Positions 28,417 to 42,400 of a DNA stretch of 64,000 nucleotides are shown one piece after another. The first letter of the stretch is position 1. Each line of letters opens with the position of its first letter. Made by a program: the position numbers and the translations under genes. Source of the stretch: the human T2T-CHM13v2.0 reference genome, Homo sapiens; NCBI RefSeq assembly GCF_009914755.1, contig NC_060930.1; one strand, written 5' to 3'. Below the pieces are notes generated by a model, which did no database searches, was not told where the DNA came from, and saw only the letters and a program-made list of their open reading frames with translations.

Positions 28417-28650
28417 AAGGAAAGGAAAAATGAAAGGAAAGCAAAGGAAAGAGGAAAGGAAAGGAAAAAGGAGAGGAGAGGAGGGAGAGGAGGGGAGAGG
28501 AGGGGAGAGGAGAGGAGAGGAGGGGAGAGGAGGGGAGAGGAGAGGAGAGGAGAGAGGAAAGAGGAAAGGAAAGGGGAAAGGAAGGGAAGAGGAGGGGAGG
28601 GGAGAGGAGGGGAGGGGAGAGGAGGGGAGGGGAGGGTGAGTGGGGGAAGA
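28417..28650. repeat. Polypurine (GGAAA/GGAGA/GGGGA)n tract
   Basis: ~230 bp almost purely A/G on the + strand; source of the R/G/E- and P/L/S-rich spurious ORFs. Confidence 0.95.
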
Positions 28651-29376
28651 TGGACAAACTTGCTAATACTCCAAAAAGGAAACAATTTTAACTTTAAATT
28701 GAAATCTTGAGACTCTAGCATCTAGAGGCCAGTGTTTACTATCACTGATGAAATTTTAGGTATAAAAGCCAGCATTTCCTTCTATTTTAAGATTAAATAG
28801 CATATTCTCCTGTGTATATATATATCACATTTTCATTTACAATGTATACATATTTCAAAACATGTTTTTGCCACAAATATATATAATTTTTATTCATCAA
28901 TTTTTAATGAATTTTTTTTATACCTGGGGATGGTTTGAGTGGATGGGGGAAAGAAGCACAGGAGAACCCTCCAGCTTCCCTGTAAGTATTCTTACATCCA
29001 CTCTATCTCCCTAAGGCCATTTAGCCAGAGATGATCAAAGAAGGTCTACATTCCCTTCCAGCTTCTTGACCAGCAGGAAAATAATTTACTGTCTATTAGT
29101 CATTGAAGTCAGAATGGAAATGTTCAAATCCCAGAGAAAAGGTTCCCACTGTGGGTAATTAAAGCAGATAGGAACTTTCGTTTCCTAGTCAACCTGTCTT
29201 TCTTTTGACATGTCAGGGGAAAAGGGACACTCTTATGCTCTGTCAGATAATCATGTCTTTCAGATGTCATATTCAATGTTGACTGAGGCCCTTAGATCTT
29301 CAATCCAGAAGGCCCTACTCCTGGATTTCCATCGTTCTCTCATCTTTGCCTTCCTCTTTCTACTCTCTAAAACTCC

Positions 29377-30557
29377 CCAAAATCAAAGAATTAAATCCTT
29401 CCAAAACAAACAGTTGAAATTTAACAAAATTGGTAAATTTCAAGAATTTTAAAATTCAGGGGAATTTACAGATGATGCAAATCAGACCTCTTCCCACAGC
29501 CTCATCCCATTTTACAGATAAACAAATTGTGACCCAGAAGTCTAAATTTCTCTGAGGAAGCCACTTTAGCAAAAGTACCAGACCTTGAACCCAGGTATGG
29601 GACCAGGGTTCTTTGGAAAGCATGATGCTTTTATTCACCCTTCATTCCAATTCACTTGGATTTTATAATAATGTCTTTATCTTTGTTTCATTCACAGCTC
29701 TTCCACCTACAAGAGACAGAAATTGCCTAAAGTCAAGTGGAAAGGATAAGGGGGTCTCACAGATTCAAGAAACAGCAGGCACTGCCAGACATCATGGAAA
29801 CTGGGAGTGTAGCCCTGAAAGCCCTCCTGCCCCTCACAGGGCTAGTGGTCCCTCATCTCTGATTCCCTCTAAAGTGTCCCCATATCTGCTTAACTTAGTC
29901 GTACTCTAGTCAAGTACATAGTACAATTGGGTCACCAGCTCCAACACTCCATTGTGATTTCTTCAACCCCAACCATCTGCTTCTCTATGTCTGTGTCTCT
30001 TATTATAAATTTTGGCAAAATGAAATCTGAGCAGATAATAAGCTATGTGTGGGCACAGTTCTTTGCTCTAGGAACACAAATGAGTCAGATGTTCAATTTT
30101 GGTTCAATCAGTGGCCACATCTGAATAAAATCTTCCCCTGCTTGGTGAGTGATGGGTTGAGGTAATGGGGGAAAGATGGATATAACTTATATGACTGGGA
30201 TGGATATAATGTGGATATATGATGGATATTGACTTTTATGCTTGAGATAATTTTTACTTAACTCATTTTTCCCTTTTAGATATGAAGACTGAGTCTTCTT
30301 TAAAGATTAGTTTCATGTTTAACCAAAAATCAAATAATTATATCCTACCAAAATAAACAATTGAAATTCAACAAAATTGGTAAATTTTAAGAAGGTTAAA
30401 ACTCAGGGGAATTCCCAGACAATGCAAATCAATCCTCTTCCCACAGCCTCATCCCATTTTGCAGATAAACAAACTGTGACCCAAAAGTTTAAAGTTCTCT
30501 CAGGAAGCCACTCTGTTAGCGAGAGTACCAGACCTTGAACTCAGGTATGGAACCCAG
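29377..30557 (+). repeat. Dispersed direct duplication of ~230 bp (29377-29606 and 30323-30557)
   Basis: Both copies read ..aaacaRttgaaattYaacaaaattggtaaattt..cctcttcccacagcctcatcccatttt.cagataaacaaa.tgtgaccca..gtaccagaccttgaac.caggtatgg. Confidence 0.9.
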
Positions 30558-33245
30558 CACTTGGATGCTAAAAAACTGGGTAGGGCCAATTCACTACAGC
30601 CTTGTAAGACCAGCCTGGGTCAGAAACTGGAAATTAGTGGATGGTCTGATCCTCAGGGCCAGCCAGAGACCTGAGGCTGCCCAGAGAAGATTAAACACTG
30701 AATACCCCATCAAGCCATAAATAAGTAAATCTCTTTTGAACCTTTGTTTGGTCAAAGAGAATCATATTTTTCTGCTAATAAAAATGGTATGGCCTCTCCT
30801 CATGTTCAAAATAAGGGATTTGTTGTATGTATTTATTTCATGTGCTTCTGAGCCAGTCCGCATCTCAGGGGGCATATGAAAGAGTCTAACTTTAGATAAT
30901 AAAACAAGCCAATCATCTTGGGAAATAATCTTATGTCATATATTATTTGGTTTCAGAGTAGCCACTGACTAGGCCTGACAACCTCAAAAAGGAGAAATTA
31001 TCTTGTCTCTTGGTGAAGTGGGTTGGAATCGTCCCATGAAGCTTACATAAATTCCTAACAGAGATGGATAGGCATTGATGAAAAGTGTTTAAACTTCTAA
31101 CGGCACCATCTCTATCTGCTGGATCAAGACCACTGATATTTCAACAATTTTATGTCACAACAGAAGCCTGAACTAACTGGTACCAGGTTTTTAACTTACT
31201 TTAGTGGTTTTTAACACTTTTTAATCTCGTTCTTGTTTAGATTGTTGATGGTTTGAGCCTATGAAATCTCTGCATGTCCTAGCTATAATCAGACCCTAAC
31301 ACTTTCTTAAATATTATTTGATAAATAATACAAATATTTAAAAAACACTTTTCATAAAGGATCTTTTCTATGAAAAAGAGGCTTGGAGTATCAATTCAAG
31401 GATATCGTTAATTTTTAAGCAGACAAAGTGAATACTCTCCCCAAGAAAATGGAAACAAATGCCTTGAGCTTGTTTTTTGTTTGTTTGTTTTTTGTTTGTT
31501 TGTTTGTTTTTGCCTTGCACAAATCTAAAAAGAATTCCTTAAGGACTCCAGACAACAGCCTAACTTTAAGTTCTCAGTCTCATAAAACAACTATTTTAAT
31601 TAAATACAGAGAATCTCCACCAACTTCAGCCCTCAATCATTTAACACTTTAAGAAAAAGGCTTTAAAATGGCATTAATAAAGACGCTGAGAAACTCATGA
31701 CCATGGATAACAGAAAATGAGTTTTCAGTGAAAGTGATGGTTGCTGTTGCTATTATAATAAATGAGGTCCTGTAACTAGGAAGGCCTGGGCACTTTCCTC
31801 ATGATGTTTAAATTAATCCATTAAACTCTACACGTGCAGTTTGTTCGACACACACTCTGAAAAAATGTGACTGCAAAGGCAATGTAAGTCCATATGTCTC
31901 TAATAGTAAAGAAGGCTCACTCCAGAATCTTTTGCAACAGCCTGGGAAATGCACAGTTCAAGATTCATAATTTGAGATAAAGGGAAATGTCATGTATGCC
32001 TCTCCACAAACCTAACTGCTCAAAAACCTCTCCCCATCTTACATCTTTTGAAAAGAAAAGAAAAAAGAAAGGAAAAGAAAGAACTAATCTACGCGCAGTA
32101 ATGACTCTCACAGGAGAATTTCCTTTCCTGGTTATAAGAACTCCTGCCACCTTTGTATATCACAACCACTGTTGCCTGTTATGAATCTGATGAAGAAATA
32201 AATGTAATCATAAGTATAAAAGTTACATGAAGTAATTTGTCACTTTTGATTTTTAAATCCAAACTTCAAAAAAATAACTATAAATAGTTGCAGAGAAAAT
32301 TCTTTATATCTAAAGTAATATTAACTAATAAATGGAATATGCTGTTTTTTAATCAATGTATCCAAAAATTATTTCAACTAGACAGAAAGAAAATCTTACT
32401 GAAAGGGAATTAATGTGGAATAAATTCAGCTTTCTTCCAACAAACACACATCAAAAGTTAGCACTCTGCAATCCTTCAGCAAAGCTACCATTCCACCAAG
32501 AATCACAGATGCAAGCATTTTTCCAGATAAATGAATTCCATTTCTGGTCTATGATTTTGAAAAGGGTCACAATTTAGTTAACACATGACAGTGCAGGTAC
32601 ACCATTATCTGACAGTCTACAAGCCACAACATCCTGGAAGAATGGTATCAGCCCTTCTTTCCGACATTTTTTAATTAACAAAAAAATCTATGTATATTTC
32701 CAGGTCATAACAATATACAGCAATAACTTCATAGGGATTATCTGAAGGTTTTAAAATAAGATCTGAATGGTTAACACAGACATCCTATAGCCCAAAATGG
32801 AAAGATTTATATTATTAAAGTGGCAATTTCATTTTGATTTATTTTTCCCTGTGAGTATTTAACAAACTGGGGGAGAAAATGTAATCCAGATCTCTAATAT
32901 CTTAGCTCTCAGAAACTGAAAGAAGAATCTGTGTTCTGATCTGTTTTCTACTCATTGCAACAATTAGAGCCAAGGGAGAGGGTATCTCAAATGAGTACAG
33001 TTATTTACTAAGTTATTTTCTGAAATTACATCCATTGACATATGAGTATTTTTTTACAGAAATTTCATAAAGTTTTCCTTTCCAATGTATGAGCACAGTT
33101 TTCAAAATTGTAAGTACCTTTATAATTATAAAGGAAAAAACACTAACAGTTTTTGAAGGTTTGTGTCAGGCACTGTGCATAATGCTTCATATGTATATTT
33201 CACTTCATTATCACAACAATTTCATTAGGCAGATATTATTTTCCA

Positions 33246-33828
33246 TTTATGACTGACACATAATAACTGCACATATTTATGGGGTACAATGTGATGTTAT
33301 GATACAGGTATAAATTGATCAAATGGTAATTAGCATATCTGTCACCTTAAACATTTGTCATTTCTTTGTGATGAGAGCATTCAAAAACTTCTAGCTTTTT
33401 TGAAATATACATTATCATTAATTCTAGTCATTTTAATATGCAATAGAGTGCCATAACTTATTCCTGCTATTTAACTGTGGCTTTGTACTCACTGAGCAAT
33501 CGCTCATCATCTCCCCATCTTTCCTACCGTCTCTATCTTCTGGTAACCACTATTCTACTTTCTACTTCTATGAGAACAATCTTTTACATCCCATGTATGA
33601 GTGAGATTATCTAGTATTTGTCTTTCTGTGCCTGTCTTATTTCACTTAACATAATGCCCTCCAGTTTCACCCATGCTATTGCAAATGACAGGATTTCATT
33701 CATTTTCATGGCCAAACAGTATTGCATTATATATATGTACCACATTTTCTTTATCCATTCATCCATGAAGGGACATTTAGGTTAATTCCATATCTTGATT
33801 ATTATTAGTAGTGCTGTAATAAACACGA
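33246..33828 (-). mobile_element. L1MA-type 3' end, antisense
   Basis: cacataataactgcacatatttatggggtacaatgtgatg, tggtaaccactattctactttctacttctatgag, gtaccacattttctttatccattcatcc. Confidence 0.85.
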
Positions 33829-34299
33829 GTCTGTTTTTAAATGTCTATCTTTAAAACAAGCATCACCCTTACTGAAGTTTCCCTAGACCTCATCCAGATT
33901 TTCCCACACAAAGGACTCCAAAGGACCCTTCCTCATCTCTTAATCCTTCTTTGGGGAGGTCTTGAAGGAGAGAAGTTTGTTCTATTTAGAATGTGAGTGT
34001 CAAACATGGCACTAAGGTGCTTCAGATTAATACACAGCCACAAATAAAGTGAATGCCAAAAACTTACGGAGCAGAATCTTGGGCAAAATGCTTTAACTAG
34101 CTTATATTCAATTAACTTTGCAGGTACACAAAATTAGGTACCTAATAGAAATACAAGTTTGACTTTTCACCTTTTCTATTGCCCTCAGGGATTTTCTGAT
34201 AAATTGATTTCAACCCAGGGAAGCTAAGCTAAAAAGTATTATGGTGTGGCATCAGAGAGATAAAAAAGGTTGAAAAGAGATTTGTTGTAATGATCCTTT

Positions 34300-34720
34300 T
34301 GTATCAGTCTAGGTCCTGGCAGGAAACAGATTGTACAGTCAAATAAAGAGAATATGAGGAGAGTTTAATAAAATTACTTTACAGAAGTGAGGGTAGGGTA
34401 TAGGGAAACTACAAGAGCCTCTGGGCTAGTATTTCTAGTTACCACTCCTAAGCTGGAAGAGGAAAAGGAAGGCAGTGGTTACTGAGAGAGCTGTGTGGAG
34501 AAAGCCATCTTATAAGAACTGTGATCCTCAGTTGAGGGACATAATCAGCCAGTTAAGAACCCACAAGGAGGGGACTGGGGGATCCTTCCCAACTTGGATC
34601 ATCTATTAATGCCTCCCTATTGGCCAAACCCAAGCAAAGGAGGCTATTGGTGTAATCCCAAAAGGTCACCCTGCTTGGTACAGAGTAGGGTTGAGAGTGA
34701 GAGAAAGTGACTCTGAAGAA
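34300..34720 (-). mobile_element. LTR33-like ERVL LTR
   Basis: tgtatcagtctaggtcctggcaggaaacagat...gaggagagtttaataaa; gcctccctattggccaaacccaa. Confidence 0.65.
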
Positions 34721-35539
34721 ACAAAGGTAAGAAACCCAGTACAGCATTTGTGTTACAAGGCAATGGCTGCAGCAGGCCAGGCTGAGGATGGCTTAAAACT
34801 AAGAAAGTATGCAGTATCTTTTGGCATAGTCCTTGGGACAGAAATATATCATTCAGATCACAAACTGAGCTGCACAAAAATACCCTTGGCAGTGAAGTCA
34901 AAGGACAGGGATTCATTCACTGCTAGGGAATGTATTATTCCCAAGAAGAAAAAGATCATTAATTTTGGATTTTGTTCTCCTAATCTGTTTGTAGCAATGA
35001 AATACACTTCAAGCAGACACATCTGCAGGGTGAACATAAATTTGTAACCCCATTTCCTCAGCCATTTTTATTACAGCACCTGACAGAGAGAAGTTTAACT
35101 GGGAAGTGACAGAAAGCAGGGAAGATGAATGTCCTTAAGATTATTACAGGTCACACGCATATATTTTAAACATTATTCCTTTCCAGCAGGTCAAGGGTGT
35201 TGCTGAGTACATGTAAGTGACAGTATTTTAATGTTCTTTACTTGGGCCAATAATCATTTTATGCATCCAGGAAGGATCATTTCTTTGTGTATATCCCATT
35301 GATGATAAACGATCAGCCTTGTATGAAGGGCCTGGAATTCCTTTCCTCTCACTAGAACATCTTGAGTAATCTCAACTGAAATCCAGGATTTGTGACTGAG
35401 AAATGATATGTCACCATAAGATTTTAACATATGGCAAGTCCAGAATATTAACCTAAGACCAGGAGTGCCTTATATGGTAATAAAAGGTATGTCAGAATGT
35501 CTTTTATATTATCTGCTTGCTAGGGTTTGCAACATCTCT

Positions 35540-35775
35540 TTATCTCTCTCCCCACCTCGCGCTCTCTCTCTCCTCCTTCTCCTTCTCTCACTCTCTTTCT
35601 CTCATATATATGAGAGATATATAGATCTATATCTATCTACATAGTATTATAAGTAATGCTATATTAGTATTATATATATTACTATATTATATATATATCA
35701 TATAGCTCTATTTTTCTCTCATATATATGAGAGATTTTATATATAAAGAAAAATATGTGTATATGTATATATAAT
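35540..35775. repeat. (CT)n/(TA)n low-complexity tract with palindromes
   Basis: Read directly; two copies of tctctcatatatatgagaga. Confidence 0.9.
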
Positions 35776-36310
35776 CTTAACTCCTTTCTCACAGTTTTTT
35801 AAATTAAAAAAATAAAATTTGGTTCATTTTTTATAATAAAGAAATTAAATTCCCATCTAGGAATTTCAGAGAAAAGTTCACATTGTACCAAAAAAAAAAA
35901 AAAAGAAAAAGAAAAAGAAAAAACTCTTCTTTCAAGAATCAGTTGCTTGATTTTACAAGAAAAAAAAAAGGTTGGTCAGAGAAAATGAGAAAGCTTCACT
36001 ATTGCAGTCTTACCAAGCACCCCTCCTGATTGCTATGAGATTAGCTCCTGGTCTCTAGAACCCAGTTTGTGACAGAGATGTCAAAGGTAACAGAGAGCTT
36101 TAGGCCCAGGTTTTTCCACAGGCAAATTCTAACAAACATTTAGGGATGAAATAATACTAATTCTGCACAATCTCTTCCAGGAAATTAAAGAAGAAGAAAC
36201 ACTTCCAAACTCATTTTATCAAGCCAGCAATGCCCTGATGCTGAAATAGACAAAGGCATTTAAGAAAAATAAAACTACAGACCAAAACTGCAGACCTTCT
36301 AAACAGAAAC

Positions 36311-36490
36311 CAAGTGTCAGCAAATTGTAGTCTATGGGCTAATCATCTATAAATAAAGTTTTATTGGAACACAACCATATCCTTTTGCTTGCTATGACAG
36401 AGTCAAGCAGTTACAGATGAGATAGAAAACATGTGTTCTGAAAGTCCACAATATTTACTGTATGATCCTTTAAGGAGTTTGCCAACTCCA
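36311..36490 (+). mobile_element. MER58A-like hAT-Charlie DNA transposon
   Basis: gtcagcaaa...aaataaagttttattggaacacaacca...aatatttact...gtttgccaactcc. Confidence 0.75.
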
Positions 36491-37160
36491 GACTATCAGT
36501 GCAAAATTTCTCAATAAAATAGTAACAAGTTGAGTCTAAAATATATGAAAGCATAAAATACAAACTGACCAAGTCCACACAGGGGGAAATGAGGCAGAGC
36601 CGAAGCAAGGCAAGGAGGGCATCTATGCATGGGAACAAGGTCAGCAACAACCCCACACAGCGTTCAGGGCCCAGACAAACTGAATGTCTGTGCAGCGCTG
36701 CAGTGGCCTCCAGGGAGGCCTGGAGTGGGCTGCAGGGAGGGTGATCATGTTCCAGGAGGCAATAGAAATGAGATAATGGTTACATACATGGGGGATTGAG
36801 ACAACAGGTAAATATACAGAGAATAATCTTCTTGCACCAGAAAGTAACAAAAAATAATTTTTTAAAATCTTAAAATCCTGAAAAAAAAGTCCTAAAAGAA
36901 TTATTAGGATAGGTCAAAACACACTAGGCACCAGCTTAAAGGACCTACCACTTACTAAATTGTGGACAATTTGAGCATCAAAAGAAATAATGATATTAAT
37001 GGAGTATAATATATTAAATAAAAATAAGTCTTGATGAGTCCAGACTAATATAAATAAACACATACATAAATAAGTAAGAAAGAGAGAAAGCTGGTATTTA
37101 GAGTTGAATACTAACGAGTGAGAAGTAACACTGAATTATAAAAAATTATCTTTTGGTAGC

Positions 37161-39453
37161 TAGGTTAGTTCATTTTCACACTGCTATAAAGATACTAGCT
37201 GAGACTGGATAATTTATAAACAAAAGACGTTCCATTGACTTACCATTCCATATGGCTGGAGAGGCTTCAAGAAACTTACAATCACGGCAGAAGGCAAGGA
37301 GGAAGCAAGGCACATCTTACATGGCAGCAGGAGAGAGAGTGAGGAAATGCCACATTTTAAACCTATCAGCTCTTGTGAGAACTCACTATCATAAGAACAG
37401 CATGAGGGAAACCACCCCCATGATCCAATCAGGGTCCCTCCCTCAACATGTGGGGATTACAATTTGAGATGAGATTTGGGTGGGGACACAGAGCCAAACC
37501 ATATCACTCTTCACCTGGTCTCTCCCAAATTTCATGTCCTTTTCACATTTCAAAACCAATCATGCCTTCCCAACAGTCCCCCAGTCTTAACTCATTCCAG
37601 CATTCACTCAAAAGTCTAAGTCCAAAGTCTCATCTGAGACAAGGCAAGTCTCCTCCACCTATGAGCCTGTAAAATCAAAGACAAGTTAGTTACTTACAAG
37701 ATACAAAGGGGGTACAGGGATTGGGTAAATGTTCCCATTCCAAATGGGAGAAATTGACCAAAACAAAGGGGTCACAGGCCCCATCCAAGTCCAAAACCTG
37801 GCTGGGCAGTCATTAAATGTTAAAGCTCCAAAATCTCCTTTGACTCCATGTCTCACATCCAGGTCATGCTGATGAAAGAGGTGGGCTCCCTTGGCCATCT
37901 CTGCCTCTGTGGCTCTGCAGGGTACAGCCCCCATGGCTGCTTTCATGGGCTGGCATTAATTGTCTGTGGCTTTTCCAGGTGCACAGCACAAGCTGTTGAT
38001 GGATTTACCTTTCTGGGGTCTGGAGGACAGTGGCCCTCTTCTCACATATCCACTAGGCAGTGCCCCAGTGGAAACTCTGTGTGGGCACTCCAAACCCACA
38101 TTTTCCTTCTGCATTTCCCTAGCAGAAGTTCTCCATGAGGGTCTCGCCCTGGCAGCAGACTTCTCTGGACATACAGGCATTTCCATACATCCTCAGAAAT
38201 CTAGGCTGAGGTTCCCAAACCTCATCTCTTGTCTTCTGTGTACCTGCAGGCCCAACACCATGTGGATCACCAAGGCTCAAGGCTTGCACCCTCTGAAGCA
38301 ATGGCCAGAGCTGTACATGCTCCCTTTTAGCCACAGCCAGAGCTGGAGCAGGTGGAATGCAGGACACCAAGCCCTGAGACTGCACAGAGCAACAGGGTCC
38401 TGGGCCCACCCCACAGAACCATTTTTCCCCCCTAGGTCTCCAAGCCTGTGATGGAAGGGGCTGCTGCCAAGATTTCTGACAGCGCTGGAGACATTTTCTC
38501 CATTGTCTTGGCTGTTAACATTCAACTCCTCTTTACATATGCAAATTTCTGCAGCCAGCTTGAATTTCTCCCCAAAAAATGGGTTGCAAATTTTCCAAAC
38601 GTTTATGTTCTGCTTCCCTTTTAAACATAGTTCTAATTTCAAACCATCCCTTTGTGAACACACATGACTGAACACTTTCAGAAAAAGCCAGGTCACATCA
38701 TGAACACTTTGCTGCTTAGAATTTCTTCTGCCAGATATCCTACATCATCTCTCTCAAGTTCAAAATTCCACAGATCTCCAGGGCAGGGGCAAAATGCCAC
38801 CCATCTCTTTGCTAAAGCATAGCAAGAACGAACTTTGCTCCAGTTCCCAAGAAGTTCTTCATCTCCATTTGAGACCTCAGCTTGGACTTCATTGTCCATA
38901 TCACTATCCCCATTTTGGTCAAAACCATTCAACAAGTCTCTAGGAAGTTCCAAACTCTCTCATATCTTCCTGTCTTCTTCTGAGCCCTCCAAACTGTTCC
39001 AACCTCTGCCTGTTACCCAGTTCTAAAGTTACTTTCACATTTTCAGGTTATCTTTACGGCAGTATCCCACTCTGCCAGTACCAATTTTCTGTATTAGTCT
39101 GTTATCACATTGCTATAAACATACTGAGACTGCATAATTTATTTTAAAAAAGAGAGATTTAACTGACTCACAGTTCTGCATGGCTGGGGAGGCCTCAAGA
39201 ATATTACAATCATGGCAGAAGGCAAAGGGGAAGCAAGACACATCTTGTATGGCAGCAAGACAGAGAGAGAGATCAAGGAACTACCACACTTTAAAACCAT
39301 CAGTTCTCATGACAACTCACTCACTATCACAAGAACAGCATGGGGGAAACCACCCCCATGATCCAATCACCTCCCACTAGGTCCCTCCCTCAGCATGTGG
39401 GGATTACCATTTGAGATGAGATTTGGGAGAGGACTCAAAGCCAAACCATATCA
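37161..39453 (-). mobile_element. Complete MSTA MaLR provirus (LTR 37161-37506, internal 37507-39089, LTR 39090-39453), inserted into an old L1MC/MD 3' end
   Basis: Two homologous LTRs ending ...gccaaaccatatca, a ~1.6-kb MST/THE1-type internal region, and an exact 5-bp TSD GTAGC at 37156-37160 and 39454-39458. Confidence 0.93.
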
Positions 39454-42400
39454 GTAGCCATGGTAGTAATAATGTGTTCAGCCAAGAAACATCAACAGAT
39501 ATGGCAAACTAGAGGCATGAGTGGGCTGGAATCCACTGTTAAATCTTCACGAATTTTGTGAACCAATTGTTAAAATTATTACAATCTAAATTATATGAAT
39601 GTGCAATTAAATAAATTATATTTGAAATAAAGGCCCATTTGAAATGAAAAGCCCATCATTTGGGTTCAAACACCCTACTTCAGGCTACTGCACCCCTGAG
39701 CAGATATTCATTTGCTTTGGCCCTGTCACCCTGCACAGATGCCCTCTTTACCCTGTAGCCCCTTTTTCCTTCCTTCCCCCTAGGTAAATGCCTACCTCAT
39801 TTCCTCCACAGAGGTAAAACTGTCATGTGCAGCTTTAGACTTATATTGTAAAAAGTCAACACTGCCAGAAACAAAAAGCTTTCTTTCCCAATAGTTCTAG
39901 CAAATGTTCCAGGGCTGACAATGATTGGCTGAATTCAGGTCACACAACAATGTCCCAACAAATCACTGAGGGGGATTTCAGGCAGGAAGAATTGGATGGA
40001 ATATGCTGATTGCACAGGCCAGGGCCAGGTGCTGAGCCCCAGAATCAGGGAGCTACATTAACACCTCCAGGACTACATGGCTGAGGATGAGGTGGAAGTT
40101 GCTTCTCTGAAGGAAAACCACCGAGATGCTAGAACCAGAAGAAAGAAGAATGGAAGCAGAGCAAGCAAAACAACCCTGTGACTATCTACATATTTAGCAT
40201 ATAGAGGAGAGTATATCCATCAAAAGAGACAAGCAACAGCAGCCATTCAGGTAGTAGAACTGCCACATGCTAATGTCATGGGAAATAAGGAAAAGACAGT
40301 TTCAAGAAAGAGGAGGAGGCTAATAGTGTTTTATGTAACAAACATCAAGAGAATATACAGACAGAAAAGCCTTTGTATATTGCAATCCCTAGTGACCTTG
40401 CAGGACCACTAGAGCAAAGTCATGGGGATGCAGGTCATAATCCATGGACCCATGACTTAAGTTGACAGAGAAGAGATGGAAGCAATGGGAAAAGACTTTT
40501 CGTTTTCCAAAAAGTGTGGCAGTGACAGGAACGAATGAGACAACGTGTGGAAAAGGCATGTTTTTTTTAAAGGGGAAATGTGATAGTTTACAGGCAGACA
40601 GGAAAAAACTAGTAAATTGTGCCACATTTTGAGAACTCTGAAAATTTATTCAGATAAAGGTGTTAGATAGCTAATAGACTACTATTTAAGCTGTGTTCCA
40701 AATGATGTCACTTTTGTATTTCCTAAGTAATTATCCTCTACTGTAAGCTGAGAGCTTATCCTATACTGTAAGCTGACAGCTTGCAGGGAGTCTCTCACTC
40801 ATCAGTTTACCAAAAGAGGTTGGCCCAGTGCCTCTAAATAAATTAATTAGTAATAAAAAAATTAGGTGTGCTCTGTCGAAATAGAGGGCTCAAGATTGAC
40901 AAATTGCACTTGAAAATCCTTAGATTCGCTATCAGGCAGAGAGGAGCTGACAAAAACAGTGAACCTAACCAAAGCAGTGAAAATCCGACAAAGAAACATG
41001 TCCAAGCAATTTAGTCTTTATACTGAAACATCATATTGCTACAGGGTAAGTCATTCAATTCCCAGGAGGACATTTGCTCATTCATTTATTCATTAAATAT
41101 CCTAGTGCCTACTATGTGTTTTAATAATAACACATCTATAACGTGGGTTTCCTTTAATGTAGATTGAGAAGCTTTTTTGTTTGATAGTTTTTTCAGTAAT
41201 ATCTAAAAATTAATCACCAGGACAACAGTCTCAGTTGGAATCTTGATATAGTTTTAAATGAGAACACACTGTGCCTGGGGCAGGAATTGTCTGCTTTATT
41301 CTGTTGTCCTTCCTTGAGGGTAAAACTGGTTTAGAAGAATGATTACCCATTTGAACAGTGAGCATAGCTGCATGCTCAAGAGAGCCCTTCAGTCTCCATC
41401 TACAAAATTCTAATGAAAAATAAAAGTGAGAAACAGGTGAAGAAAAATTCCTTAATAATAATATAACACCTCCACTAAAATTTGTGGGATTTGAGTTTTC
41501 ATTTAGTCAGTGTTGGCTAGAAAATGTAAACGTGTCTTAAATGCTGCAAAGGGCACAAAAACAGATGCATAACGAGAAAGAGCTGCTGCTCTTCTGGTCT
41601 AGTGATTCCATACAAACAAATATGTTCACAGGTCACCTAACAGACATTTTATACACAAGTTTAGCTTCCCCTTTGAACTGAGGAAAGTGGTCATCATCCT
41701 CCGGTAAGAAAAGCACTCTAACCTGGTGCCCCCAGTCTCATTCTCTCCCCTCTGGTTCATTGCTGCTTCTCTGTTACCAAGTCTGTGGCTGGAGGGGAAA
41801 ATTCCAGAGCAGCTATGAGACCCAGGTGTGCCAGGGGAAAGCCTAAATTAAATAAATGGACATATCTGGCCTGATCACACTTGGGGCAAATTTATCTCCC
41901 ATCTTGTCCCCATCACCTCCACTCAAGACCCTTTCTCTGCCATCTGGTTTCTGTTTTCCTCTCCCAACTCTCCCTATGCCTGTCCAGTCTCCCCTTCCCC
42001 CACTCTATGTTCCTTCAAACCTTTTACAAATAGTTCCTTCTGCCAGCCATACCTTTCCTCTAGGAAACTAAAGTCTCCTAGTTATGATGCAATGTGCTTA
42101 CCTGAGAATATAGTAAAATCCCAAACGTATTGCCTCACTGGTATGTTTTGCAAACTGCAAAATGAGCCTAAGTTTCAGTCTAAAATTTTTTATCTTTTTT
42201 TACAGAAACCTAATCTTTATCTTTGGTAATCTACCTAATTTCTACCTTTGGTGGAACCTGATAAATTCTTAGAATCCTAATGGAAACAACACCAATGAAA
42301 CATCAAGAGAAATACCCAACATCGTATGTATGATGGGCACACTTTGACTTTCAATTTAACTATATGTTGGATTATATTATGTATTATTTTGAAGCCACTA

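Noticed and set aside
28395-28721. Arg/Gly/Glu-rich and Pro/Leu/Ser-rich ORFs
   Set aside because: Translations of the polypurine simple repeat.
37686-39026. Cluster of overlapping ORFs up to 163 aa
   Set aside because: All lie in the decayed MSTA internal region; no intact long frame.
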